NCBI RefSeq assembly: GCF_036321535.1
Contig: NC_087444.1
Location: 9,424,001 to 9,488,000, forward strand
Length of the DNA stretch: 64,000 bases
From: Camelus dromedarius
Taxonomy: Eukaryota
Direction: 5' to 3'
The notes below the pieces were generated by a model. The model saw only the letters and a list, made by a program, of their open reading frames with translations, made no database searches and was not told the DNA's origin. A program made the translations under genes and the position numbers. The first letter of the stretch is position 1; each line of letters starts with the position of its first letter. Shown in pieces: positions 25,231 to 37,619 of this stretch.

Positions 25231-26289
25231 AGGTACTGGTCTCCTCCCTGGTCACCTCCTGGAGGTTCTTCACTTATTCTTATAGTAGGGTAAGTTGTGA
25301 CCGTTCCTGATGTCTTTAGCAGTCTGTCTATAAAGCCTGTAAGATGGGTTTTAAAACTAGCATTTACATTTCACATATGGTAGATAATTGTCTCTTAAGT
25401 ATGGTAGAACATAAAAAATGGAAACTGAAACAGGTTTTCTAACTTTAAAGAGAGTTTACTGTTTTATTGCATTTTTAAAAGGAATTTCTTTAATTCTAGC
25501 ACTGCCTTCTGAAAAATGAGAACAGCAATAACAAGAGGGTTGGAAAAGAATGTAATCACGTTACCTGTTGATAAGTGACTGCCACGGAATTTCCTGGGGT
25601 TGAAAAGCATTTGAGAGCCACACTTAGCTTGAATCTTTTAAAAATTATTTAGCCTTATTACAAAGGAAGGATGGTTTTCATTCTTTACATATAACGACTT
25701 TCACTTCTTATAAAAATAGACGGACTGAAAAATGACAGGCCTCGATAACCCTATGCTGTAAAGGCCTAGAGAGGAATTATGAGAAAAAAAGTAAAAACTG
25801 CCTGAAATGATTTGATATAAAATGGCATTTTTTTTTCTAAAATGAGCTTTGACTTTTCTTTCAACTTTTTTTTGAATGAAACAGAAAGGAACCAGCTTCC
25901 TATTAAACTAGAGTGGGTTTTTTAAAAAATCCTTCTTTGAAAAATAATCCATTCAAACATTTCTTGGCAATATGGGGGAAGATTTATCACATCACTGGAA
26001 ATTTTCTTTAAGCAGCATTGTTTGATAAAGTCAGTCCATCTTTTAAGATTTGGGGCATAATGACCATGTGGTAAGAAGATAATCAGGTTAAAGCTGACAG
26101 CTCTGTGGAAAATTTTTTTTTTCATGACTTTGTAAGTGCTCTTTGGCTTTTTTAAAGCCTAAAGTCTTGTTCCCAACCCCCTTTGTTTTCTTAAATTCAA
26201 GTTAATTTGGAGCCTGCAAACTTATTAAAAGGAAGTATGTTGAAAAACTACTGACTTAATCATTATGCTAGGTATTAAGGATTGTATAA

Positions 26290-26510
26290 TGCCGTTTTTG
26301 AAAAAAAATAATGATATATGTATGCATATATGTAGAGAGAGAAAGAGAGACAGAGATTTAAAAAAGTAAAAAAACACATGCCAGACTATTCATGGTGGTG
26401 ATTTTGCAGAGAATGGCACGATACATCTTTATTCTATGCTGTATCTTTTTTGAATTTTGTATAAGAATATGAATGTCTTCAGTAATTAGAAAATGATATC
26501 CTTAAAAAAT
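26290..26510 (+). mobile_element. Old L1 (L1ME-like) 3' end
   Basis: acacatgccagactattcatggtggtgattt...gctgtatcttttttgaattttgtataagaatatgaatg. Confidence 0.5.
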
Positions 26511-26544
26511 TAGTAGTAAGCCATCCTAAGAAGAGAGTGACATG

Positions 26545-26665
26545 TGAAGGATAAGGTGTAAACCCTGCAAAAGCAGGCTCTGTTTCTGTCTAGTTCACTA
26601 TTGTGTTTCACAGTGCCTGCCTCTCTGAAGGCACTTAATAAATATTTCTTGAATAAGTGAATGAG
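26545..26665 (+). mobile_element. L2 3' terminus
   Basis: cagtgcctgcctctctgaaggcacttaataaatatttcttgaataagtgaatga. Confidence 0.75.
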
Positions 26666-28929
26666 AACATTAAAGGAAGCTGCCACAACTAATTTCAAGG
26701 TTGTCTTTAGAGTCTTTAGTGAAATCTTTGCTCTTATGGGAACGTTTGCATTGTTAGACTAGAATAACACATCTTTGGTCATTGCCATGGGAATTAAACA
26801 TACCCAAAATACTTACAGCTGCAAGCCTTGGGAAATAGAGTCATTCAGTGCAAACAAACAAACAAAAAGTGTGTTCATTATGTTTGCTAGGATGGCTCTT
26901 TTTGTGGGATTATAGACCTTTATTGTACACAACAACACACGTTGAATTTGGTAAAGATCTACAGAATGAGAGGAATAGATCCTGACTCCTCATCTACTTG
27001 TGTCTTCCTTTTCTGGGAGAATATTTTACTGGCCAATTTAGCCAGTAACTTTTGCACAGGATATGTGTTTCTTTTTACTTAAATTCATAATCACATTTCC
27101 ACTTTCTAACAGAGAAAACTTGAGAAAATCCATTGAGTTTTAGAATTTTACCGTCATTCTGATGTTTTCTTCTGGCACAGAGATTCTAAGGGTGAGATAA
27201 GGAGTAACTCATATGGCTCTATTTACAACTAATGGAGGTAGCAGAAAATACAAGGCCTATTTTATGCTTGTCACTCTATTCATTTTCTAATTTAGTTCTA
27301 AAAAAACGCTAAAGGTAAGCTTTATTGTGTCCATTTTTAGATGGTAAAGCTGAGGCTCAGAGATATTAAATTTACCCATACGAGGCCTGTATGGAAATGA
27401 CAGACCTGAGATTGGAATCCTGATAGATCTGGATCGATGCATGATTGCTTGTGTTGTTGTTTCGTGTTTTGATTATAATCCATTGTCCTTGTGCCTTCAC
27501 TGTGAAGATCTTGCACGTCCTGAAGCATTCTGATGGAAATTAGAGTGCAGTCCTGAAATGCCAGGACTTGGCTTGTGCTCATACTGTCACATGCTTTCTA
27601 TCTGTGATGTATGGGCCTGAACTCTTAGTGATGGATTCCTAGCAGCAGCAACTGTGCAGGTGAAACTTCTTAACTAAGCAGATAGTCCATCATCCTGGCA
27701 CTGTAAAATGTCATAAGTGCTCTCAGTGTAATCATCTTTCTGTTTCTTTGCTACATTTGGATGAGCAAAATCGGGAAGTGTTAGAGGAATTCCCAGCCCT
27801 ACCAAAAGTATAGTTCAAATATAGAGGCATCTTGGGAAACCTACCTCTTGCATTCCACTAAGCTTTCTTGGAGTCTGTTTATTTAGTGCCAGAAGCACTA
27901 GTTGACTTGTAAGTCTTGTTCATTTGAATGCAGAAGAGTAAGTGTGCTGGGCTCTTACCTTTATTTCTGGTACCTCCATCCTGGCAGTCCCTCATCTATC
28001 TCTACCCATCAGGCTCCAGGATTTGGCACTTGGCCAGCAGTCAGCTCCTGAGGCAGCCTAGTGGAGCGTTAATGGACCTCCGATTCAGGTAATTTACATG
28101 AATTAAAAATAACTTAAGAAACCATTTAGGGCTCTATAAAATCAAATTTAAAACACTACATTCAGAGATCGTAAGAGTACAGTTCAACTCTTCTACCACA
28201 CACACACAAAAGTTTATTTGAAATTCATCTGAAATAATCCAAAAATTATCAGGAAGTTGGAGAGAATAACATTTTTACATGTCTTTTGAAAAATAAATAA
28301 TACCAATCATACTTTCATTCTTGGTTTATTCTTAATGTTCTAAGATTGTATTTCAAGATTGCTTACAAAGTGTAAGGGGCATGTATGCAGGAAGGGCCTT
28401 CGGCAGAGAATAAACTTATGACAAATTATTTCACAGTTTCTAACAATTCTGAAAAAAATTATGAGATAAAATAGAATATACAAACTATGAGGGGAAAAAG
28501 GTGGATTTGTACAGAAACCAGATAAAATTCTATGATAAACATAAGAGAATGGGAGGGAGCTTGAATTTGCTGTAAAGGAGGCATAATAATACTACTGAAA
28601 AATCATTTAATCCTTTCCTTTGCCACAGATAGAGCCACAGTCAAACCAACCCAGGGGGATTGCTAGAATCTCTTTAGAAAGCTAAATTTCTCAGTTCCAC
28701 AAATACTTATTAAACTAGGCATTATGAATTCAAATACAAGGATTAGTGGTGTGCTGTTTTGTCCTTAAGGAATCTTGAATTTAGTTAATGGATGAGGCAA
28801 GTAGTGGCGCCTCACAATGCAAGGAAGGATAGAATAGTGGCCACAGGCAGAGCATAAAATGCTCGGTGAGCCTTCTGAAGGGAAACTACATCATGCTGAC
28901 GTCTGCATGGCAGCGTGAGAAGATAGAAG

Positions 28930-29060
28930 ACCCACGTTTAAATCCTGGCTTTTCCACTTTCTAGTTCTGAATCCTAGGCAAGTTGTTCAACTTTTTGGAG
29001 CTTCAGCTTTGTTTCTGTAAAATGGTAATAATAGAATATACTTCATAAGTGTTGTGCACA
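28930..29060 (+). mobile_element. MIR SINE
   Basis: aaatcctggcttttccactttctag...ctaggcaagttg...ttctgtaaaatggtaataatagaatatacttcataag. Confidence 0.8.
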
Positions 29061-29623
29061 AGATTGTTCTCATTCACTCATTTATTCATCCATATACAAG
29101 TACACTGAGTGTTCACTGTGTGCCTGGTTGCACAACTGTACAGTGTATAGTGTGGGTAGAGGGCAGAAAGTGTGATAGGTGCTTTGATAAAAAGTACTTG
29201 TCGGTTACAGCAGGGCTTAAGTGTGGTCAGTTCCACAGAAGGGAGATCTGGAATCGCTTCATAGAGGAGGCTGCCATTACAATCCTTACTTCACAGTTGA
29301 GAAAACAAAAGCTTAAGACAGTTGAATAATTGTCCCAAGAGTATACAGTTAGTAAATGGCTGAGCTAGGATTCAGGGCTTCTGCATTTTCACATGAAGCA
29401 ATCAATTCTCTTTGCTTTGAAAGTGATTACCCAAACAATGAGACCTAAAGAAATCGATAATATAAAGGAATCATCCATATCAATGGGAATGTGACTTTTA
29501 CAGTAAGTCAGAGGATTTCAGACATATCAATGCTTTGTTTTGTAATTACTTTTTATAATTAATGGTATTTCTTGCTAACTCAAATAATTGCCATGCAAAG
29601 TAGGCTTTTGAATAGAATATGGA

Positions 29624-30065
29624 GGATGGACCTGGAGATGGTCATTCTAAGTGAAGTAAGCCAGAAAGAGAAAGAAAAATACTATATGATATCACTGATG
29701 TGTGGAATCAAAAAAAAAAAAAAAGAGACAAATGAACTTATTTACAAAACAAAAACAGACTCACAGACACAGAAAACAAACATGTTTTCCAGGAGGAGAA
29801 GATGGTGGGAAGGGATAAATTGGACGTTCCAAGATTTGTAGATACTAACTAATATGTATAAAATAGATAAACAAGTTAATACTGTATAGCACAGGGAACT
29901 ATATTCAATACCTTGTAGTAACTTATAGTAAAAAAGAATATGAAAATGAATATATGTATGTTCATGTATGACTGAAGCACTATGCTGTACACCAGAAATT
30001 GACACAACATTATAGACTGACTATATTTCAATTAAAATAATATATATATACAAAAAATAAAAATA
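29624..30065 (+). mobile_element. Camelid-type L1, 5'-truncated (ORF2 C-terminus + 3'UTR), with a 13-bp TSD
   Basis: Encodes the L1 ORF2 tail MDLEMVILSEVSQKEKEKYYMISLMCGI. The 3'UTR reads tgctgtacaccagaaattgacacaacatt. TSD aatagaat(a/g)tgga at 29611-29623 and 30066-30078. Confidence 0.92.
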
Positions 30066-30689
30066 AATAGAATGTGGAAGTATTTAAGAGGCTTCTAGTT
30101 TCAGGTTATTCTCAAGAATTTTTTGTCTCTAAACCGTCTGAACAAAGATGGAATCAGCTGTCTCTGTATTTCAGTAATAGGTTCTTCATGACCTCCACCA
30201 AATTCACATTTGTATCCCATGCTAAAGCAGTGGGCTCATAAAGATGCATTAGGCCAAAAAGTTTTGTTTTTTTCCTCCATTGTGTAAGGCCTTCATACAG
30301 ATCTCTCCAGTGGGGAGAGATCTACCCTTCTGTACTATCCTCTGTCTCTGCCTGTACCTTCCTCTGTCTTTTTCATGGCTCTTACAGATTCTTGAAAAGC
30401 ATCCCTCAGTGTGCGCCTCTGTCCTTTCCCTCCCACTGCCTCTATTGTCACTGTAATAATGGTTCATATATTATTGCACTAACAATCACAAATAGAATCA
30501 AAATTAGAGTTCACAGAGAAAATGAGATAAAGGTGCCATAGCCATATTGAGCAGATCCCTAGTTCTTAATGAGAAATGGGAAAGATCGAAGGCTGCTCAT
30601 GCTCGTGAAAATCCAGGTTTTTTTCCTTCACTTTAAAAAATACTTTAAAATTTTTATTCAGTTAATTTAAATGAAAAACAAAAGAGTTC

Positions 30690-31310
30690 ACCCATTTCTC
30701 CCACTCCACTCTTGCCTCTTGTAACCACCAATCTGTTCTCTGTGTCTATGACCCTGTTTTATTTTTTAATTTTTTTGTGGTTTTGTTTTTTTAGAGCCCA
30801 CGTTTAAGAGAGGCCATATGATATTTGTCTTTCTCTGACNNNNNNNNNNNNNNNNNNNNNNNNNNNNNNNNNNNNNNNNNNNNNNNNNNNNNNNNNNNNN
30901 NNNNNNNNNNNNNNNNNNNNNNNNNNNNNNNNNNNNNNNNNNNNNNNNNNNNNNNNNNNNNNNNNNNNNNNNNNNNNNNNNNNNNNNNNNNNNNNNNNNN
31001 NNNNNNNNNNNNNNNNNNNNNNNNNNNNNNNNNNNNNNNNNNNNNNNNNNNNNNNNNNATAGCAATGCTGCAGTGAACATGGGAGTTCAGGTATTTTTTG
31101 AGTTACTATTTTCATTTCTTCAGTTATGTACTCAGAAGTGGAATGGCTGGATTGTATGGCATTTCTATTTTTGATTTTTTGAGGAGCTTTCATACTGTTT
31201 TTTATAGTGGTTGTACCAATTTACATTCCCGGCAGAAGTGCACAAGGGTTCCCTTTTCTCCACTGTTGCTATTTCTTGTCTTTTTGATGATAGCTATCAT
31301 CACAACCGTA
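30690..31310 (-). mobile_element. L1 (L1MA-like) 3' region spanning an assembly gap
   Basis: gtaaccaccaatctgttctctgtg...atatttgtctttctctgac[N]...gaagtggaatggctggattgtatgg...gtaccaatttacattccc. Confidence 0.9.
30840..31058. other. Assembly gap (219 N)
   Basis: N run counted directly; it lies inside an L1. Confidence 1.
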
Positions 31311-31329
31311 TGTGATGTGTACTCACAAC

Positions 31330-31465
31330 AAAACTATGATATAGTTGCTATTATTATCCCAGTTTATACATACAGAAAATGAAGAGCAGAGAGGATAAGA
31401 TCTTATGCAGAGTGTTACTCAGCTCGTAAGTAGTAGATGAGTTGAACTTAGTAAATCTGATTCGG
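31330..31465 (-). mobile_element. MIR SINE
   Basis: ctattattatcccagtttatacatacagaaaatgaagagcagagaggataag. Confidence 0.7.
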
Positions 31466-31571
31466 TAACTCCATATTTGTGATTTCATATACTTACTTTC
31501 ACACACCTGTTTTCATTTTGGTTATCGTTGCTTTATTTCCTGGTGGCCTGCATTGTGACTCAGACTTCACC

Positions 31572-31590
31572 TGGCCACTAAGTGGCGACT
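31572..31590 (+). promoter_or_regulatory. CTCF-like motif with a nearby AP-1 site
   Basis: tggccactaagtggcgact versus consensus TGGCCAC(C/T)AG(G/A)(G/T)GGC(G/A)C has one core mismatch. TGACTCA at 31556-31562. Confidence 0.45.
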
Positions 31591-32489
31591 TGACTATTGC
31601 TAGTCCCTTCCAGGTCAGCCCACACATTGCTTAATGTTAATGCACGTAACAGCACATGCTGCTTTTGCTGCAGAGAGAGGGAAGCTGGCCCACTTGTGTT
31701 AAAGGTTATTGGGATCTCTCCTGAGTTTCTCTTTTCACTCAATTTCTTACATTACTTCCTAGAATGTGTTAGAGGAAAAACTCTTTTGGGGCTCGCTTTC
31801 TCAGTGTCTGACAGCTGCCTCTCTCAAGGTATTTGCAACAAGTTTCCTTGAGGCTGGAGAGAACAGGAGTGTCTCTATCAGATATTCATCCAAATCATCC
31901 TCCCATGCTGAGAATCAGTCTATTTGCCAGGATAAATCCCAGGTGCCTTGTCTCTCTCCATCAAGGGTAAATTCCCCATCCACCTGGAGTTCTTGTTGAG
32001 AGACTGGTACTAGAGAGAGAGGTGTTTTGTTCTATGGTCCTAATGTTAGTGTTTCCTATAAGTTATAATGCCAAGGTAGCACAAACACCTTCAAGTGCTC
32101 TGGCTAGATAAAGAGGAAGACTGTAGCTCATGTACTAAATTGCGTAGAATTTTTATTCTCAAGAAACTGATTTACTTGCTTTGTTTTTTTGTTTGTTTGT
32201 TTGTTTAGAGCCTTTTTTGGAAACTAAAATTAGATGAAGAAATTATATAATATAAGGGAAGTAAATGATTAGAGGTAATTTATATTAAAAGGATATTTTG
32301 AAAGCAGCTTCTTGCATTCATTTGTTCATCCAATGAATGTGTTCATTGCTCATGGTGTCAGGCACCATGTACCTACAAAGATGATTATTCCTGATCCAGG
32401 CCCTCCAGGAATCACAACTGTAGATCTAAATCACACTCTCTAAGCACCTGATTTACAAACTTGAGTGTATCTTTGTGAAGCCAATGATG

Positions 32490-32660
32490 CTGGTAAGGCT
32501 CTTTGGAACAACTGAGAGATGAGAAGATAAAAGTCAGGAGGCACATGGTATCTGTCTTCAAGTATTTGAAAGGTTATCATGTGGATAAGGGAGTGGGCTA
32601 AGTGTGCGTGTTGCTTCGGAGGCAAAATTCAAGAGAGGCTGACTTGGGATCATTGTGAAG
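32490..32660 (+). mobile_element. L3/CR1 LINE fragment
   Basis: gagaagataaaagtcaggaggcacatggtatctgtcttcaagtatttgaaaggttatcatgtgg matches the L3 3' region. Confidence 0.75.
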
Positions 32661-32689
32661 ATATTTATATCAAGTAGACTAGTGAGAAA

Positions 32690-32930
32690 AGATGGGAAAA
32701 AGTATGGAGACAATAAAAAGATCAGTAGTTGCTGGAGTGGGATGGGAGGAAGATAAATAGGCAGAGCACAGGATTTTTAAGGCAATTAATAATGGTGGAT
32801 ATATATCATTAAATGTTTGCTCAACCCCTCAGAATGTACAGTGCTAACAGCGAGCTCTCATGTAAACTGTGGACTTTGGGTGATGATGATGTGTCATTGT
32901 AGGTTTATCCTTGGTAAAATGTGTACCCAT
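32690..32930 (+). mobile_element. L1MC-like 3' UTR
   Basis: ggagacaataaaaagatcagtagttgc...atgtaaactgtggactttgggtgatgatgatgtgtcattgtagg. Confidence 0.85.
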
Positions 32931-33009
32931 TTTATATATATAAATTTTTTTTTCATCTATCATTTTTGTGCAACAGCAGAAACCCCTTGACATTCCCACT
33001 TGAAAGTAT

Positions 33010-33143
33010 CCAGATATGTATATATATGTATGTGTGTTTATGTATCTGTGTATCTGTATGTCTGTATCTAAATAGTTATATCCATATCCATACCTATATC
33101 TAATCTACTTCATATCTATCTAAATATACTTATCCATCTATTT
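33010..33143. repeat. Degenerate (TATC/TATG)n simple repeat
   Basis: Direct reading. Confidence 0.8.
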
Positions 33144-33817
33144 AAGCCCAGGAAACTGGCAATCAAAAGTGGCAGTTACAACACAGTGTGCATATGTCCT
33201 GAATCCATGGCAGTGGGCACTTTGTATTCTGGGGAACAGGAGGCTGAAGATAAAACTCAGAGGGCCGACTCAATACGTTCTGCAGCATGGTGGGACCCAG
33301 GGAGCCCGTCTGTGGGACCGTCTTAATAGAAAGAAGTGTGCTGTTCCCATTTCACTTCATAGAAAACTGTGAAGGCAAGGCGAAGGCACCGGCAGGTTGA
33401 AAGTCCCGGTCCCATGTGTTTGACAGAAATCCGCCTCTGCGGTGATCAGCCACAGCAAAGACAGAGGTATTGGCAAAATGGTGGCTGTGGATGGATGTCT
33501 GAGGCAGAGCCCAACTCATAGCATCATAGCAGGGAGAGTGAAAAGCAGCAGCCTGGTAGTGGCAAATGGTGGCCCAGGCTGTGGCTCAGCAGTGGTGGGG
33601 CAGCTGGGTGTCCAGATGGGATCACTGACTGTGACAATCTCACTGGAGTCTCCTGGAAATATACCAGTGGGGAGAAAATTTTACAGGTAGAGCTGAAAGA
33701 TCAAAGTTACAGTGTTTGGGGACAATAAGTTCATGAATGAGGAGGGTGAGTTCAGTTTGGTCTTAAGTTCTCTCTCTGACCCCACTTATTTATGCTGTTA
33801 CCTAATGATGAGGATGG

Positions 33818-34308
33818 TGAGCTTCAGGGCACGCTACCTCAAAATATGTCATCTTGGCATACTGAATATTTTAAGCTGAAGAAATTTGAGAGATGGCATG
33901 TGTTGGAAGGCCTTTCTGACCTTCACCTGAAGCAGATCATGAAACCTTCATGTGAGAGGTGCCCTCCTTGTTCCTGGAGGTAAGAAGCACCCTTACCTCT
34001 GAAGGTGGAGGGACTCAGAGAGGAATCCGCGGAAACAGGCCTGGCTAGGTTTCCCCCAGGTTAATGCACTTAGCTCATGCTCTGTGCTGTCATGTTTTCC
34101 CATGACTCTCTACTATTCACTGAAGCTAACCTAAAAGCTCTTAAGAGTAGCTGCTTCTTTGGGTCTTCATTTCCTTATGAAAGTTCTTATGTCACATAAA
34201 GCTTGTATTAATTCCTTTTTTTTTTTTTTTGATTAACTGGTCTTTTGTTACGGAGTCCCAACATAGAACTTAGAAGAGTAGAAGCAAAAGATATTTTTAT
34301 TCCCTATA
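33818..34308 (+). mobile_element. ERV1 solo LTR, MER34/MER39-like
   Basis: cagggcacgctacctcaaaatatgtcatcttggcatactgaatattttaagctgaag...aaaagatatttttattccctata. Confidence 0.8.
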
Positions 34309-34644
34309 AGATTATAAAAAGAGGAAAAATCCAAAAACAATGAAAAGTTAAAATCCTAGGAACGTTTTAAAAACTTAAAAACTGTGTTTCAGAATTTATA
34401 ATCTACCCAGGCATTAAAAAATACCTAAGTTAAAACATAAGAAACATTTGCTAAAACTGAAGTACAGCTTTGGTTCAAACAAAGTGGAGCATTTGTATCA
34501 GTCTGAGTAATAGTTCCAAGCTGTTAGAAAGCACTCTCCAAGTAGAAGACAAGAGCTATACTCCCGTCCCCTTAAAAGGATGCCGATAAAAACTAACTTA
34601 CGTAAAACACTTTATAGTTTACCACATACATACTCATCATCTTA

Positions 34645-34785
34645 TTTATTATTCACAATAGTCCTTTCAAGAAAATATTGTCATTCCAGTTTTATAGGTG
34701 TGAACATCAAAGTTAGGAGAGATGAAATTACACTCCCAGTCACAGGGATTTTGAACTTGTTTGGATTCCGACTACAACTGTCTGT
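34645..34785 (-). mobile_element. MIR SINE
   Basis: tcacaatagtcctttcaag...cattccagttttataggtgtgaacatcaaagttaggagag. Confidence 0.65.
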
Positions 34786-34819
34786 CTTACTCTGAATGTT
34801 GGCTTATATTCAGACTGTA

Positions 34820-34996
34820 TCTTAGTAATTTTAGGGTAATAAAATATTTGGGAAGCTAAAGAAAGTGATAAACCCTCTCCCCAGAAAACTACACAGACAG
34901 GCACATATGTCAAATTTGAATATTCTTTCAGAAATACTTCTGAAACATATCAGGTATAACCTATGTATCTAAAGACCCCAGGGTAAGAAACTCAGG
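34820..34996. mobile_element. hAT-Charlie MITE (MER103/MER5-like)
   Basis: accctctccccagaaaactacaca...gaccccagggtaagaaactcag terminus. Confidence 0.55.
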
Positions 34997-35790
34997 CCAA
35001 GGGTTAGTGGTGTATTTTGATGCTGTAATAATTAGGTTTAATATGTGGAGGGTTTATGTGAAAAAAGCAAATAAGACAACAAGAACAAAAGATGTAAAAC
35101 TTTCCCCACCTCTGCTCCCATCTCACATCACTGAAACTCAAGACATTTAATTTTGCAATTAAAGTCACGTCTTGAGTTCCAGGGAGATGTTACTAAGTAT
35201 TTCCTACTAATGTATTTATATATTCACACTGAGGCAAGGGCTTTTCTACAGCTGTTATTTTCTTCTATGTATCCCCATGACACATCTTTCATCTTTTTCT
35301 GGTCCTGTAGCAATAATCCACATGATCACTATCTGGAACATTTACAGTTTCATTATTTTATGAACCTTCTGTGATTTTTCCAATTACTACTAGACAATTG
35401 CCTGTCATAATTGGTAGCCATCGGCTAAACTGTTCTTTGATGCATGTGGTACAATATGAGGACTCTGAAATTATTTTCCTCCCACAATTAATGAATAAAT
35501 TACTGGAGAGGGGTCTTTGCATAACAGCATTGCATCAGAAGAAGCCACGCTTCCATTCTTGCTTTGTTCTTAGAAAAACAGGGAAAAAAATGAGAATGAC
35601 CTTTAGTCTTTCAGCAATTAGACCGTAATTTCCTGCTTGGCTTGTAACAGTCAACTGTTGCAAGCAACTACTTACAACTCTGACACTTACAATGCCTTAG
35701 GATGGAAATTATCTATAAACGTCTGAGCTCAAAAACATACAGGACTGGCAAACCCTCAGCTTTTTAGTTCCATGTCCCCTCATAGAGCAT

Positions 35791-36205
35791 TGTGATGGTC
35801 TTTTGAATTTATCAGCTCAGCTAAGCTACAGCCCCAGTTATGTAATCAGGCACAGATCTAGGTGTTTTTGTGAAAGTATTTTATAGATGTGGTTACAGTT
35901 CATATCAACAGATTTTAAATAGGGAAGTTATCCCAGATAATTTGGGTGGGCCTGAATCAATTAGAAGACCTTAAAAATGGAGCTGAAGCTTGAAAGAAGA
36001 CATTCCACCTGTGAACAGCAGCTTCAGCCCATGCTGTGAATTTGAGCCTGTTTTTCCTGACAGCCTGGCAGCCTGTCCTGCAGGTTTTGGACTTGACTAG
36101 CCACTCATGATTGTGTATAGAGAATTTGCTGCAGGAAGTCTCTTATATACCTCCTGTCGGTTCCTCTGCTTCTCTCACTGAACATTGACTGACCCTGGAA
36201 CATAC
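35791..36205 (+). mobile_element. ERVL solo LTR, MLT2 (D/E/F-like)
   Basis: tgtgatggtcttttg...gatctaggtgtttttgtgaaagtattttatagatgtgg...gataatttgggtgggcctgaatcaat. Confidence 0.88.
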
Positions 36206-36484
36206 ACACAAGTATCAACTGATACAGAGCCGTAACTGCAGGTGCCTACTTCAGTCCTTAGGAAATACACAAACTCAATATAAGGAGTGACCCTGAATTA
36301 GAGAAAAATATGATGATTCCCTTGTAGCTTTCAAAACATTAAGCAGATCTGGGTCAGAGAACTGCTATTGAAGATACACTCTCTTCTATTATTCTGACTT
36401 AATTTGCAAATGTATTATTTATCAGTTTTAGTTATCATATTTTCTTAAATAAAAATAGATATGTGTTTCTGTCTGTATATCAGT

Positions 36485-36532
36485 GTATCATCTATTGTAT
36501 GTATCATCTATTGTATATATCATCTATTGTAT
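36485..36532. repeat. Three tandem copies of a 16-bp unit (g/a)tatcatctattgtat
   Basis: Direct reading. Confidence 0.95.
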
Positions 36533-37319
36533 GTCTATGTTTGTGTATCTAATACCCCTCAACGTGCATTTGCATAGGGATAGACACAGAAGAATCACTG
36601 CTATTGTATATCGGTATATTTACTAACACCATATCTGGTTAAATTCATGAAACTCTGGAAATAAAATTTATTTGCATCATATTACTACCCTAAACTTCTA
36701 ATTAAGGTAAAAGTTTTTCCTCTTGTGGCTTTACATAATTTATGCTAAAGTAACTCTGACACTATATTTCATTGAAAATTATGTTCCTACTAGGCTTATT
36801 AATAAGAGAGTGTCTAGATTTCTGATGTGTCAGTTTTTAAAGAAAATGTGGCTACTTCTATTTTATATTTTACTGTTGCACATAAATTATATTTAATTTT
36901 TTCCAATACCTGAAAAAAAAGCTCTGTAAATGAAACATTAATATCAACTTATCTTGGGTCAAACATATACATAGAAATTAATACATACACACTCTTAATC
37001 CTGTAATAATGGCTTATAGCTTTATTGTATTAATAATCTAAAAAATATACAGAAATTGAATGGAGTAGGTGATGGAAGTTGGTCAGAATAGATAAAGGAA
37101 AGAATCAGAGACAAACTTAGGCAGTGTGTGCTCAAGCACTGTAAAGAAGGAGGCTGGCCCATTTAGAAAACCATTTCTAACCTAGAGTTGGATGAATCTA
37201 ACTCTCCTGTTTTGATTCCATATGTGCATCTATCCATCTTCCTCCATTCCTCATTCTAAGACACCCCAATGTATCATTAATAGTACCTGGAGTATATACT
37301 ATTGATGATTATGTATTAA

Positions 37320-37560
37320 AATATATGATAATTACTAACTATATTCCAGTCACTATGCAAAACACGTATATGCATGATCAAATTTAAAGCTCACTCTATG
37401 ATAAGAGTGATTATCTTAATTGTATGGTATTATTTATCATATAAAATATAATTATCTTTATTTTATAATTAAAAATAGAGATTCATGGAAGTAAAGTTAC
37501 TTGCTGAAGATCACATAGCTTATTGATTACCTGGCATTGTACTTTTATCTGAATCTAGTG
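37320..37560 (-). mobile_element. MIR SINE
   Basis: ccagtcactatgcaaaacac...aatagagattcatggaagtaaagttacttgctgaagatcacatagc. Confidence 0.75.
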
Positions 37561-37619
37561 CTCATAATGAAAAAACAAATGCAAGCTTGGTTGTGATATA
37601 GGATCTAATAGATACATAA

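Noticed and set aside
29572-29841. ORF containing MDLEMVILSEVSQKEKEKYYMISLMCGI
   Set aside because: Real homology, but it is the C-terminal remnant of L1 ORF2 in a 5'-truncated copy, not a host gene.
30766-31193. ORFs of 83-129 aa containing X runs (and likewise 58392-58727)
   Set aside because: Artefacts of reading through N gaps inside L1 copies.
36485-36532. CRISPR-like or functional array
   Set aside because: Three spacerless 16-bp units derived from a simple TATC/TA repeat; an ordinary minisatellite in a mammalian genome.
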